Shown: piece by piece, positions 31,752-40,448 of the stretch
Numbering within the stretch: position 1 is the stretch's first letter
Layout of the letters: each line of letters begins with the position of its first letter
NCBI GenBank assembly: GCA_039028615.1
Contig: JBCCHT010000020.1
Span: 1-64,000, forward strand
DNA: 64,000 bases
Source: Myxococcota bacterium
GTDB lineage: Bacteria; Myxococcota_A; Polyangia; Nannocystales; Nannocystaceae
Direction: 5' to 3'
Notes under the pieces: generated by a model
Databases searched by the model: none
The model's input: the letters and a program-made list of their open reading frames with translations, nothing else
What the model was told of the DNA's origin: nothing
Position numbers and translations under genes: made by a program

Positions 31752-32354
31752 CTACAGGTCGGTCCGCGGCGCCGTCCGCAGGACCCGGTGTCGAATGCCG
31801 GTGGTTCCTCGCACCGCGCGTTCGATCGTCGCTGACACATGAGCACGACCCGCCATGATCGTCTCGCCGGTCTCGAGTGTCTTGGGCGCCCCGAGAAACT
31901 CGGTGGGCCACCCGTTGGCGGTGAAGACCTTCCGCCACAACGCGGGGGGCATCACCCCCACGAAGGTGTCGACCTCGTTCAACTTCGCCCACTCGATTTT
32001 TGCCACCAACAGGTGCTGGACGATCCGAGTTCGCAGGGCGCCGGGCGCGGCCACTCCGAGGCGCGAACTCTCCCAGATGTTCGGCGCCGAAGGGGTCGGC
32101 CCATCGATCATGTCGGGCCACAAATCACCCAACATGTACTGCTGTGTCGTGGGTGTCAGACGACTCATGCCACAGACGAGTCCCCCGATGACCCGATAGA
32201 GTAGATAGTGAGAAGAGGGGTTATCGTAGTTATCCCATGATAGTCCAGCGAACGTAGGAACGTTGTAGTTCTGCCTCAGGCGAAAGTGCCGATCTTGGAA
32301 GCGATACATCTCGAGATACCCGCGACCGAACAAGTGGGCCGTTTCGGCCGTCAT
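31752..32354 (-). CDS. luxI: LuxI-family acyl-homoserine lactone synthase-like protein (orphan, diverged)
   Basis: F-x5-Y, DNYDNPSSHYLL, GMSRLTPTT, YMLGDLWP, IWESSRLGV, GWPTEFLG; start could be ATG 32354, ACG 32366 or further upstream. Confidence 0.85.
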   Translation of the reverse strand: MTAETAHLFGRGYLEMYRFQDRHFRLRQNYNVPTFAGLSWDNYDNPSSHYLLYRVIGGLVCGMSRLTPTTQQYMLGDLWPDMIDGPTPSAPNIWESSRLGVAAPGALRTRIVQHLLVAKIEWAKLNEVDTFVGVMPPALWRKVFTANGWPTEFLGAPKTLETGETIMAGRAHVSATIERAVRGTTGIRHRVLRTAPRTDL

Positions 32355-32634
32355 GCATTCGATCGTGAGTGGTTCATCGAGACGAGGAAGGGTCCTCGCA
32401 CGGTGTGCATTGCCTCGGAAGTTGGTGTCTCGACCTGCCCGATCCCATTTGGTTCCTGTCATCTCTCTCCTTGCGGTTTTTGGGCGCATGGGTATCCCCC
32501 TCCAGCAAGCACGCGCCGTCTCGCTTCCTGGCTGGTTTGGCCTCATCGACGAGACCTCATTTCAGACAGAGCAGACCGCTACGACTCTCACGCAACGCGT
32601 CGACACGAGTGCCAACATGATGCTGCTTTGTCTC

Positions 32635-32659
32635 AGGCAGAGTCGTTACAACTCTGCCT
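32635..32659. promoter_or_regulatory. perfect 9-bp inverted repeat upstream of the luxI-like gene
   Basis: AGGCAGAGT-CGTTACA-ACTCTGCCT. Confidence 0.4.
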
Positions 32660-32827
32660 ACCGCCCTTCCTCGGGAGCGACACAGTGCCTTCGCACGTTT
32701 CACGCCCGATCCCCCGGCATCTTTGAATATACCTTCTGGCCGGATGTAGGTCAACGACAGAATCGCGTTCACGCGCTGCGGACGCCAAGATTGAGGCACT
32801 TCGTCATTCGTCCGCGCGGCTGCGACA

Positions 32828-35563
32828 CTATCGAACCATCGCGTCGAGCTCCGCCTGCAGCTTGCCCACCAGCTCGTGCTCGGCACCCAACGCCTCGCGC
32901 ACGACCTCGATCGCAACGCCCATCTCCGCACGGGCCTGGTCGATGCGCCCCTGCTCCGCCCAGATGAGCGCGCGAGACTTCCGAGCCTGCGCGGTGAGGA
33001 CATGGCCCGGCCCCACGCTGGCCAGGGTGATCGCGAGGGCTCGCTCGGCGTGCTCGGTGGCTTCGTCGAGCTTGCCCTGGCGCTGGAGGATGGTGGCGAG
33101 ATGGGTATGGGTGCGCCCAGTCTCTCGATGCTCGTCGCCCAGGGAGTCGCGCTGCAGCGACAGCGCGCGACGAGACATGGGCTCCGCGTCCTCGAAGCGG
33201 CCGAGCTTGAGGCGCATGACGGCCACGTTGTCGAGCAGCAGGGCCAACCCGACTGCGTCCTCGGGCGAGTTGCGCTCGGCGATCTCCACCAGCTCCACCA
33301 GCATGGCCTCGGCTTCGCGGTGCTTGCCCAGCTCGCCGAGGTTGAGGGCGAGGCCGTTGCGCACGCTGACGACTTGGTCGTGCTCGGGACCCAGCTCGCG
33401 GGACCACAGGTCGATCAAGAAGCGCAGGTGCTCATTGCTCTTTTCGTAGTTGCCCCGCCGCGCCTCGAGGTGGGCGAGGTTGGCCCGCGAGATGCCGGCA
33501 TCGGGGTGCTGGGGGCCGAGCGTGGAGTTGAAGATCTCATAGGCGGCCGAGGCGTTGGCGAAGGCCTCGTCGTAGTCACCCGCGACGGTCTGCGTGTCGG
33601 CGAGATCGTCGAGGATCCGTGCGCGCTGGTCGGGACGATGCCCGTGGGTTTCGCCGTGCCCTTCGAGGATCGTCAACGCGCTACGAAAGCCTTCGATGGC
33701 GCCCGGGAGATCGCCGCGCCGACTGGACAGCCAGGCCACGGCCCAGTGGAGCTCCATGGCGGCATCGGAGTCGGAGCCCGCGGACTCGACCATCGCACGC
33801 GCATGTCCATGCCACGCGTCGGCCGATCCGCTGCTGCCCAAAAACTCGTGCAGGCGCATGGCCCCAGCGGCGCAGCGCGTGGCCAGGGTGGCTTCTCCGG
33901 CTCGCTGAGCCAAGAAGAAGGCCTCTTCGTACAAGGGCAAGGCCTCGGCGTAGCGGGCGAGTTCCTGCTCCATGCGAGCCGCGCGGGCAATGAGGCGGGC
34001 GGCCAGCGTGGGATGAACCGAGGCGATCGCTCGCGCTCGTTCGAGATGCGCGGCGAGTAGCTCGGCCACCGCCTTGAAGCGACCGGCCGAGTGCATCGCC
34101 CCCGACCGCGCCAGCACGTCTGCCAATACGTCGAGCTCGGGTTGCAGCGCGGGGTCCGGCGGTGGCGACTCGACGGAGCTCAGCAGGTCGATGTCGGAGC
34201 AGCGCGCGAGCGCGGGCAAGCTCATGACCATGGCACGGACCCGAGTGCGCTGGGCGGGCTCGAAGGCTTCGAGCTGATCGACGAGCGCCGCGAGGTGCCG
34301 CCGCCGGTCGACCAGGCAGGCGTTGCGCGAGTCGAGCAGGACCGGACTCTGCACGGCGCGTACATGGGTCGCCTCGCAGTTGTCTCGATGGACACGGCTC
34401 CACTCCGACGCATAGCGATCGAGACCCTCGAGGACCCGCGCGGGCGTCTCGGCGGCGCCCGAGCTCCATGCCTCTCGATCGAGCGCCTCGGTCACGGCCG
34501 CTCGGCGGTCGTCGTCCCAGGTGCCGGTCAGCGCGGCTGGGCCCGCACAGTCGACCTCGGGGTCGCCTGGCGCCCCGACCAGGACCGCTCCCGTCACGAT
34601 CAACGCCGCGACGGCCCCGACGCTCACGACCCGGAGCCGAGACCCACGACCCGCCCGCAGCAGCGCGCGACGCATGGCGTCCATGGAAGGGAAGCGCGCG
34701 CCGGGCTCCTGCTGCAGGCCTCGCTCGATGATCTTGCTCAGCCACCGCGGGACGACGAGCGCATCCTGACCGGAGGACTCCGTCGGCGCGGCGCGGGGGA
34801 ACCGACGGTGCACGGCCACGTGCAGCGCGACGGCGAACGCATATTGGTCGCTGAAGGTGTCGGCCGGCTGCCCCTGCGCCAGCTCGGGCGCCATGTACAG
34901 CGGCGTGCCCACGATCCCCGTGTTCTGCGGCGCGGCGCCGGAGGCCACGTCCTCTTCGGTGGGAACGCGGCGCTCACTGGACCGCGCCAGGCCGAAGTCG
35001 ACCAGCCGCACGCGACCATCGAGGCCGACGCGCACGTTGTCGAGCTTGAAGTCGCGATGAACGACGCCCTGGGCATGCGCCCCGCACAGCCCGGCCGCCG
35101 CTTGGATGAAGACGTCGAGCACTTCGTCGAGGGTCCGGGCGCGGGCTTGCAACCACGCGCGGAGGTCCTGCCCCTCGACCAGCTCCATGACCACGTAGAC
35201 CTGCTCGTCGTGCTCGCCGACGTCGAGCACCTCGACGATGTTGGGATGCGACAGTCGAGCCAGCGCGCGCGCCTCGAGCCCCAAGCGACGCCGCCGCATG
35301 GCTTCGGTTCGCGGCCGACCGGGCTCCGGCCGAATGAGCTTGAGCGCGACCTTGCGACCCAGCCGAGGGTCCTCGGCGACATAGACCCGGCCCATGGCGC
35401 CGCTGCCCGCGAGGCCGACGATCTCGTAGCCGCCGACCTCCACCGGGGTGCTCACCTCGCCGAACAGCCGCCCCATGACCGAGCCCCGGGTGCGCTGCAG
35501 GTCGAGCGCATCGAAGGACGGAGTGGGAGCCTCGGCGAGCGAATCGTCGTCGATCGTGCTCAT
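32828..35563 (-). CDS. Ser/Thr protein kinase with TM segment and TPR repeats
   Basis: AGSGAMGRV, VALK, HRDFKLDN, DFGLA, GTPLYMAPE; TPR10-like repeats (LGPQHPD, LGPEHDQ, LGDEHRE). Confidence 0.93.
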   Translation of the reverse strand: MSTIDDDSLAEAPTPSFDALDLQRTRGSVMGRLFGEVSTPVEVGGYEIVGLAGSGAMGRVYVAEDPRLGRKVALKLIRPEPGRPRTEAMRRRRLGLEARALARLSHPNIVEVLDVGEHDEQVYVVMELVEGQDLRAWLQARARTLDEVLDVFIQAAAGLCGAHAQGVVHRDFKLDNVRVGLDGRVRLVDFGLARSSERRVPTEEDVASGAAPQNTGIVGTPLYMAPELAQGQPADTFSDQYAFAVALHVAVHRRFPRAAPTESSGQDALVVPRWLSKIIERGLQQEPGARFPSMDAMRRALLRAGRGSRLRVVSVGAVAALIVTGAVLVGAPGDPEVDCAGPAALTGTWDDDRRAAVTEALDREAWSSGAAETPARVLEGLDRYASEWSRVHRDNCEATHVRAVQSPVLLDSRNACLVDRRRHLAALVDQLEAFEPAQRTRVRAMVMSLPALARCSDIDLLSSVESPPPDPALQPELDVLADVLARSGAMHSAGRFKAVAELLAAHLERARAIASVHPTLAARLIARAARMEQELARYAEALPLYEEAFFLAQRAGEATLATRCAAGAMRLHEFLGSSGSADAWHGHARAMVESAGSDSDAAMELHWAVAWLSSRRGDLPGAIEGFRSALTILEGHGETHGHRPDQRARILDDLADTQTVAGDYDEAFANASAAYEIFNSTLGPQHPDAGISRANLAHLEARRGNYEKSNEHLRFLIDLWSRELGPEHDQVVSVRNGLALNLGELGKHREAEAMLVELVEIAERNSPEDAVGLALLLDNVAVMRLKLGRFEDAEPMSRRALSLQRDSLGDEHRETGRTHTHLATILQRQGKLDEATEHAERALAITLASVGPGHVLTAQARKSRALIWAEQGRIDQARAEMGVAIEVVREALGAEHELVGKLQAELDAMVR

Positions 35564-36180
35564 GACAGGTCCGCGGCCATGTAGTCGCGAATCTGCTCCG
35601 ACCATCGCTCCAGCCCGTCCAAGGTCGATTGCAGCTGCGCGGGGGAGCGCGCGAGCCGATGCAGCGCCGCCTCGAGCGATTGCCGAGCCGAGCGCAGGCG
35701 CGTGCGCACGGTGCCTTCGGGTACGCCGAGCACGGCCCCCAGCTCCCGGCCGCGCATGCGCTCCCAATAAAACAGCTCGAGCAAGACCTGCTCGTCGAGG
35801 GGAATGGAGCGCAGTGCCTCGAGCAATAGCCGCTGCTCCTGGCGCTGGGCCAGCACCGCCGTGGGCGTCGCCCCCAGCTCGGCCACCGACTGCCGACTCA
35901 GATCGAGCGCCTCGTGACCACGATGCCGCGACCGATAGTGATCGGTCAGCACGTTGCGGGCCACCGCGAACAGGTAGGCCCGGAAATTGCCCCGCTCGAC
36001 GATGGCCTCCTTGGCCTGGGAGCAGCGCAGGAAGGTGGCCTGGACGAGGTCGTCCAGCTCACCGTCGACCTTGTTGCGAAAGAAACGATAGACGGACACG
36101 AAGTAGCGCTCGACCAGCAGGTTGCCCGCCGCTCGGTCGCCGTGGCGCCAGGCAGCGAGGAGCTCCGCGTCCGTGGACAC
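35560..36180 (-). CDS. ECF sigma-70 factor translationally coupled to the kinase
   Basis: DAELLAAWRHGD, DDLVQATF, FRAYLFAVARN, LGVPEGTVRTRL; ATGA overlap with the kinase start; GTG start inferred. Confidence 0.9.
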   Translation of the reverse strand: MSTDAELLAAWRHGDRAAGNLLVERYFVSVYRFFRNKVDGELDDLVQATFLRCSQAKEAIVERGNFRAYLFAVARNVLTDHYRSRHRGHEALDLSRQSVAELGATPTAVLAQRQEQRLLLEALRSIPLDEQVLLELFYWERMRGRELGAVLGVPEGTVRTRLRSARQSLEAALHRLARSPAQLQSTLDGLERWSEQIRDYMAADLS

Positions 36181-36322
36181 GGAAGCACGGTAACACCCAT
36201 GCAGGGGGTGATGAAGGAAGCGTGGGGGCAGGACGGGGACAAGACGGACCCCCGCCAGATTCGATTGCACAAAGTCGAAAAGACCTCGCTCCTCCCCCGC
36301 GAGGGTCGAACGCGGCGCGTTT

Positions 36323-36718
36323 TCAATCGGCGCCGTCGAGCACGGCGTCCGCCTCGATCTCGATCAGCAGGTCGTCGCGGATCAAGCGACTGACCTCGAC
36401 CATCGTGGTGGCGGGGCGATGCTCGGCAAAGCGCTCGGCGTGAGCGCGGCCGAACTCTTCCCAGCGCCCGATTTCGGTCACGTACATGCGTGTCCGCACC
36501 ACGTCGGCGCAACGGGCACCGAGCTTGCCCAGGGCGTCCTCGATGATCTCGAGACAGCGTTTGGCCTGGCGATAGCCGTCGCCGGGAGCATGGGTCGCAC
36601 CGTCCGGCTCGACCGCGACCGTACCCGTCACGTAGACGTGACCGCCCGCGCGGATGGCTCGGCAGTAGCCGACCTGCTCCTCCCAAGGCGCCCCGCTCTG
36701 CACTCGCTGTCGCTGCAT
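36323..36718 (-). CDS. RidA/YjgF-family protein
   Basis: SGAPWEEQVGYCRA, VYVTGT, DVVRTRMYV, RPATTMVEV, LIEIEADA. Confidence 0.92.
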   Translation of the reverse strand: MQRQRVQSGAPWEEQVGYCRAIRAGGHVYVTGTVAVEPDGATHAPGDGYRQAKRCLEIIEDALGKLGARCADVVRTRMYVTEIGRWEEFGRAHAERFAEHRPATTMVEVSRLIRDDLLIEIEADAVLDGAD

Positions 36719-36834
36719 GCCCCAATCCTCGCCAAAGTCCCCGAAACAGGGCAAGACGGGCCCCCCGAACGGCGACCGGCCCGGGGGAAGCCGGGGGGGT
36801 TGTCGCCGGACTCCGAACGGGTACCATCGCGCCG

Positions 36835-37419
36835 ATGTCGACCGAGCGGAACGAGGAAGAGGTCTACTTCAAGCAGCTGGAGATCGAGCAACGCCGCAAG
36901 CTGCGGGAAACGCTCGAGGCTTCCGCCAAGGACCTCGCCGACAAGCAAGCCATCGCCGACTCGGTGAACACCGACGATCTGTCGCTGGCCGAGCGGATCA
37001 AGGCGCTGGGCTTCTCCGGCGACACCGCCAAGGTCTTCGACCTGCTGCCGCTCGTGCACGTGGCCTGGGCCGACGGCTCGATCCAGAAGAGCGAGCGCGC
37101 CGCCATCCTCCGCGTGCTGGAGCTTCGCAGCGTCGCGCCCGGCACCGAGGGCTTCACCCTCATCGAGTCCTTGCTCGAAGAGCGCCCCAGCGACCAGTAC
37201 ATGACCCAGAGCCTGGCCGTGCTCAAAGAGCTGCTGGCCCAGGGAGACGGCAACCAGGGCGCCGCCATCGTCGAGCTGTGCCAGGACGTGGCCACGGCAG
37301 CGGGCGGCTTCTTGGGCCTCGGCTCCAAGGTCAGCGGCGAAGAGCGGGAGCTGATCGAGCGCATCGCGGGTGAGCTCGGCGACAGCGCCCAGCAGACCTT
37401 CCGACAGTCGCTCGACTAG
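36835..37419 (+). CDS. TerB-like (tellurite resistance fold) protein
   Basis: VAWADGSIQKSER and VATAAGGFLGLGSKVSGEERELIERI motifs. Confidence 0.75.
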   Translation: MSTERNEEEVYFKQLEIEQRRKLRETLEASAKDLADKQAIADSVNTDDLSLAERIKALGFSGDTAKVFDLLPLVHVAWADGSIQKSERAAILRVLELRSVAPGTEGFTLIESLLEERPSDQYMTQSLAVLKELLAQGDGNQGAAIVELCQDVATAAGGFLGLGSKVSGEERELIERIAGELGDSAQQTFRQSLD

Positions 37420-37449
37420 TCGTCGAGCCCCCACCGAACAACCCGGACG

Positions 37450-37482
37450 AGACGTCGGCCCCGTGAAGGTCGGCGTCTTTTC
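37450..37482 (+). terminator. putative intrinsic terminator after the TerB-like gene
   Basis: AGACGTCGGCC-CCGTGAA-GGTCGGCGTCT (with G-U pairs) followed by a T run. Confidence 0.6.
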
Positions 37483-37620
37483 ATTTGGTTCATCGTCGGG
37501 CCGCGCTCGCTCGGCCCCCGTCCGCGCTTGCAGCCGATCGAAGGGCGGCGGCAGTGGTTCGAGCCGTCCAGGTCGGCGTTTGATGCGCATCGGCGTTCGA
37601 CTCGTCCCGGCGCCACCATC

Positions 37621-37720
37621 TTGAAACCAATATTCCTTACCTATTAGATTTTTTAGTTAAAACTAGTTTCGGATCTTATTTGGTTTTGTTAGCATTCCGC
37701 AGAAGTTACAAAACTACTCC
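37621..37720 (+). promoter_or_regulatory. AT-rich promoter region with sigma70-like TTGAAA-N18-TAGATT and AAACTAGTTT palindrome
   Basis: Sharply AT-rich tract upstream of the Cys-rich lipoprotein gene at 37783. Confidence 0.55.
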
Positions 37721-37782
37721 CGACTCGGGCCCCCAAACAGCTGATACGGACCCGCCGAGTCGCTCCAAACAAGGGCAAAACG

Positions 37783-38730
37783 ATGAATAGAGCAATCCTA
37801 TGGTCCGTGGTCGTATCCGCGGGACTCGCGCTGACCGCATGCGGCACCGTCGCCGATGAGCCCGCCGTGACCGGCGCGGGCGATCCTCAAGGTGGCGAGA
37901 CCGATGACCCCGATGATCCCGTCGTCACCACGACCGACGACCCCGCGGACACCGAAGATCCCGCCACGCCCCCCGGGGACACCGATGGTGCCGACGCCGA
38001 CAGCGGCGGTAGCGACGACGCCAGCTTCCTCGTGAAGCCCGATGGCATGGGTGGCATCAGCTTCGAGTGCGACATGTTCGCGCAGGACTGCCCCGACGGT
38101 GAAAAGTGCATGCCGTGGGCGAACGACGGCGGCACCGCCTGGAACGCGACCCGTTGCTCGCCCATCGCCGACAACCCGGGCCAAGCGGGCGACTCCTGCT
38201 CGGTCGAGGGCTCGGGCGTGTCCGGCCTCGACGACTGCGACATCGGCTCGATGTGCTGGGACGTCGACCCCGAGACCAACATGGGTGTCTGTGTCGCGCT
38301 GTGTACCGGCGACTCCATGAGCCCGGTCTGCGAGGACCCCGACACCGCCTGCGCCATCGTCAACGACGGCGCCATCGTCCTGTGCCTGCCTTCCTGCGAT
38401 CCCCTGATCCAGGACTGCACCGACGGCCAGGCCTGCTACGCCGTCCTCGACGACTTCCTGTGCGTGCCCGATGCCTCGGGCGAGATGGGCGTCTACGGCG
38501 ATCCCTGCGAGTTCATCAACGCCTGCGATCCGGGCCTGATGTGCCTGGGTGCCGCCGCCGTGCCCGACTGCACCGGCTCTCAGGGCTGCTGCTCCGAGGT
38601 CTGCGACACGGCCGATCCCGCGGGCGATGCCCAGTGCATGGGCGTCGATCAGGCCTGCGAGCCCTGGTACGAGGAGGGCGCAGCCCCTCCGGGATACGAG
38701 GACGTCGGCGCCTGCGCCCTTCCCGCGTAA
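37783..38730 (+). CDS. Cys-rich myxobacterial lipoprotein (paralogue of 11548-12495)
   Basis: Lipobox LTAC; FECDMFAQDCPDGEKCMPWANDGGTAWNATRC...GCCSEVCD...CEPWY. Confidence 0.88.
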   Translation: MNRAILWSVVVSAGLALTACGTVADEPAVTGAGDPQGGETDDPDDPVVTTTDDPADTEDPATPPGDTDGADADSGGSDDASFLVKPDGMGGISFECDMFAQDCPDGEKCMPWANDGGTAWNATRCSPIADNPGQAGDSCSVEGSGVSGLDDCDIGSMCWDVDPETNMGVCVALCTGDSMSPVCEDPDTACAIVNDGAIVLCLPSCDPLIQDCTDGQACYAVLDDFLCVPDASGEMGVYGDPCEFINACDPGLMCLGAAAVPDCTGSQGCCSEVCDTADPAGDAQCMGVDQACEPWYEEGAAPPGYEDVGACALPA

Positions 38731-38780
38731 CCACGACTTTCTTACCGCAATCCCAAAAAGCACACGTCCGGTTCATCGAA

Positions 38781-38820
38781 GAGGGGGCGACCTTCCCAGG
38801 GTCGTCCCCTCTCTTTATTT
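38781..38820 (+). terminator. intrinsic terminator
   Basis: GAGGGGGCGACC-loop-GGTCGTCCCCTC followed by TCTTTATTT. Confidence 0.75.
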
Positions 38821-38885
38821 CGCCGCCCCCCGTTTTCGCCGTTTTCTCGCGTAGGAGGCCGCAAACGTGCTGCTGTCGCGGCAAC

Positions 38886-40163
38886 GTGAGCGAAGCGCCG
38901 ACCGCCCCCGAAGGCATCTCCACCGAGCCCTCGTCCCCGACCCCCGAGCGTCGCGGGCGGACCTTCGTGCGCTCTCAGCCGATGGACCCCTGGCTGTTCT
39001 TCGCCGCCATCGCCTTGTCGGCCATCGGCCTGGTCATGGTCTACAGCGCGGGCGCATGGCTCGGCCACGAGATGTTCGACGACTGGGAGTACTACCTGCA
39101 TCGGCAGGCCACCTTCCTCGCCGTGGGCTTCGGCTTGATGTTCGGCCTCAGCCGCATCGACTACCGCCTGCTCCGGCGCTTCGCCCCCCAGCTCATGCTC
39201 GCTGCCCTCGGCCTGTTGGTCGTGGTGCTCTTCGTCGGCCAGGAGATCAACGGCGCCCGTCGATGGATGCGCTTCGGCCCCTTCGGCCTCCAGCCCAGCG
39301 AGATCGCCAAGCTCACGCTCGCCATCTTCCTGGCCGCCACCATCGCCCGCCAGGGCGAGCGCGTGCGGACCTTCAAGCGCGGCTTCTTGCCCGTGGTGGC
39401 CATCGCCAGCCTCACCATGCTGCTGGTCCTGCTCGAGAAGGACCTGGGCACCACCATCCTGCTGGGCTCGCTCACCCTCATCATGCTGTTTTCGGCCGGC
39501 ACCCGGCTGAGCTACGTCGTCGCGGCGGTCATGCTCGCCGCCCCCTTGGTCTGGCAGCAGATCATCGGCGTCGACTATCGCCGCGGTCGCCTCGAGGAGT
39601 TCCTCTCCGGCGACGGCTACCAGGTGCACCAGGCCCTCATCGCCATCGGCTCGGGCGGCCCCTGGGGTCGCGGCCTCGGTCACGGTCGCCAGAAGCTCGG
39701 CTTCCTTCCCGAAAACCACACCGACTTCATCCTCGCCACCGTCGGCGAGGAGCTCGGCTTCGTCGGCATTGCCATGGTGCTCGGCCTGCTCGCCCTGCTC
39801 GTGTGGCGCGGCCTCGAGATCGCCCGCAAGGCCAACGATCGCTTCGGCACCTATCTCGCCACTGGGCTCAGCGCGATGTTCGGCCTGCAGGCGGTGATCA
39901 ACATGGCCGTCGTGCTCGAGCTCATCCCCGCCAAGGGCATCACCCTGCCCTTCATGAGCTACGGAGGCTCTTCGCTGCTGGCGAGCCTGGCCTCGGTGGG
40001 GATCCTGCTCAGCATCTCCCGCCGCCCGTCGGCGTGGCGCCTCAGCGACCAGCGTGGACGCGGGCGAAGCGGGAACGCGGGGGGCAAGGACAAGCGCGGC
40101 GCCCAGCCGAACCGGCCCCGCAACGCGCGACGCAAGCCCACGGCGAGCCCGGCCCCGGCCTGA
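38886..40163 (+). CDS. ftsW: SEDS peptidoglycan polymerase FtsW
   Basis: GLVMVYSA, NGARRWM, QPSEIAKL, DLGT, LPENHTDFI, GEELGF, PAKGITLPFMSYGGSS; GTG start inferred. Confidence 0.88.
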   Translation: MSEAPTAPEGISTEPSSPTPERRGRTFVRSQPMDPWLFFAAIALSAIGLVMVYSAGAWLGHEMFDDWEYYLHRQATFLAVGFGLMFGLSRIDYRLLRRFAPQLMLAALGLLVVVLFVGQEINGARRWMRFGPFGLQPSEIAKLTLAIFLAATIARQGERVRTFKRGFLPVVAIASLTMLLVLLEKDLGTTILLGSLTLIMLFSAGTRLSYVVAAVMLAAPLVWQQIIGVDYRRGRLEEFLSGDGYQVHQALIAIGSGGPWGRGLGHGRQKLGFLPENHTDFILATVGEELGFVGIAMVLGLLALLVWRGLEIARKANDRFGTYLATGLSAMFGLQAVINMAVVLELIPAKGITLPFMSYGGSSLLASLASVGILLSISRRPSAWRLSDQRGRGRSGNAGGKDKRGAQPNRPRNARRKPTASPAPA

Positions 40164-40448
40164 GCTCGGCGCCCTCGCGTCGCGACTCTTCGGGTGCGAT
40201 TGCCGAGCGGCTGATCTCCAGTTGCGGTCGAGATCCGAACCCGTACCCGGATCTGCGTGGCGCGAACGGCAACCGCTCGCAGGCCGGGCGTAGTGGGGCC
40301 TAGCCCCCAGGTTGGCGCCGCGGTCGGCGAGGGCTCGGAGGCGTTGTGGAGCAGCGTTGAACGCTGGACCCGGCGTAGCTTGCAAAACACCGTTTCCAGG
40401 TCGTTTTTCGTGCACACCGGGCCGAGGTTGCTACCCGACTTCAGTACG

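Noticed and set aside
32353..33003. ORFs upstream of luxI as a luxR remnant
   Set aside because: No autoinducer-binding (W..Y..DP) or LuxR HTH motif in the listed frames
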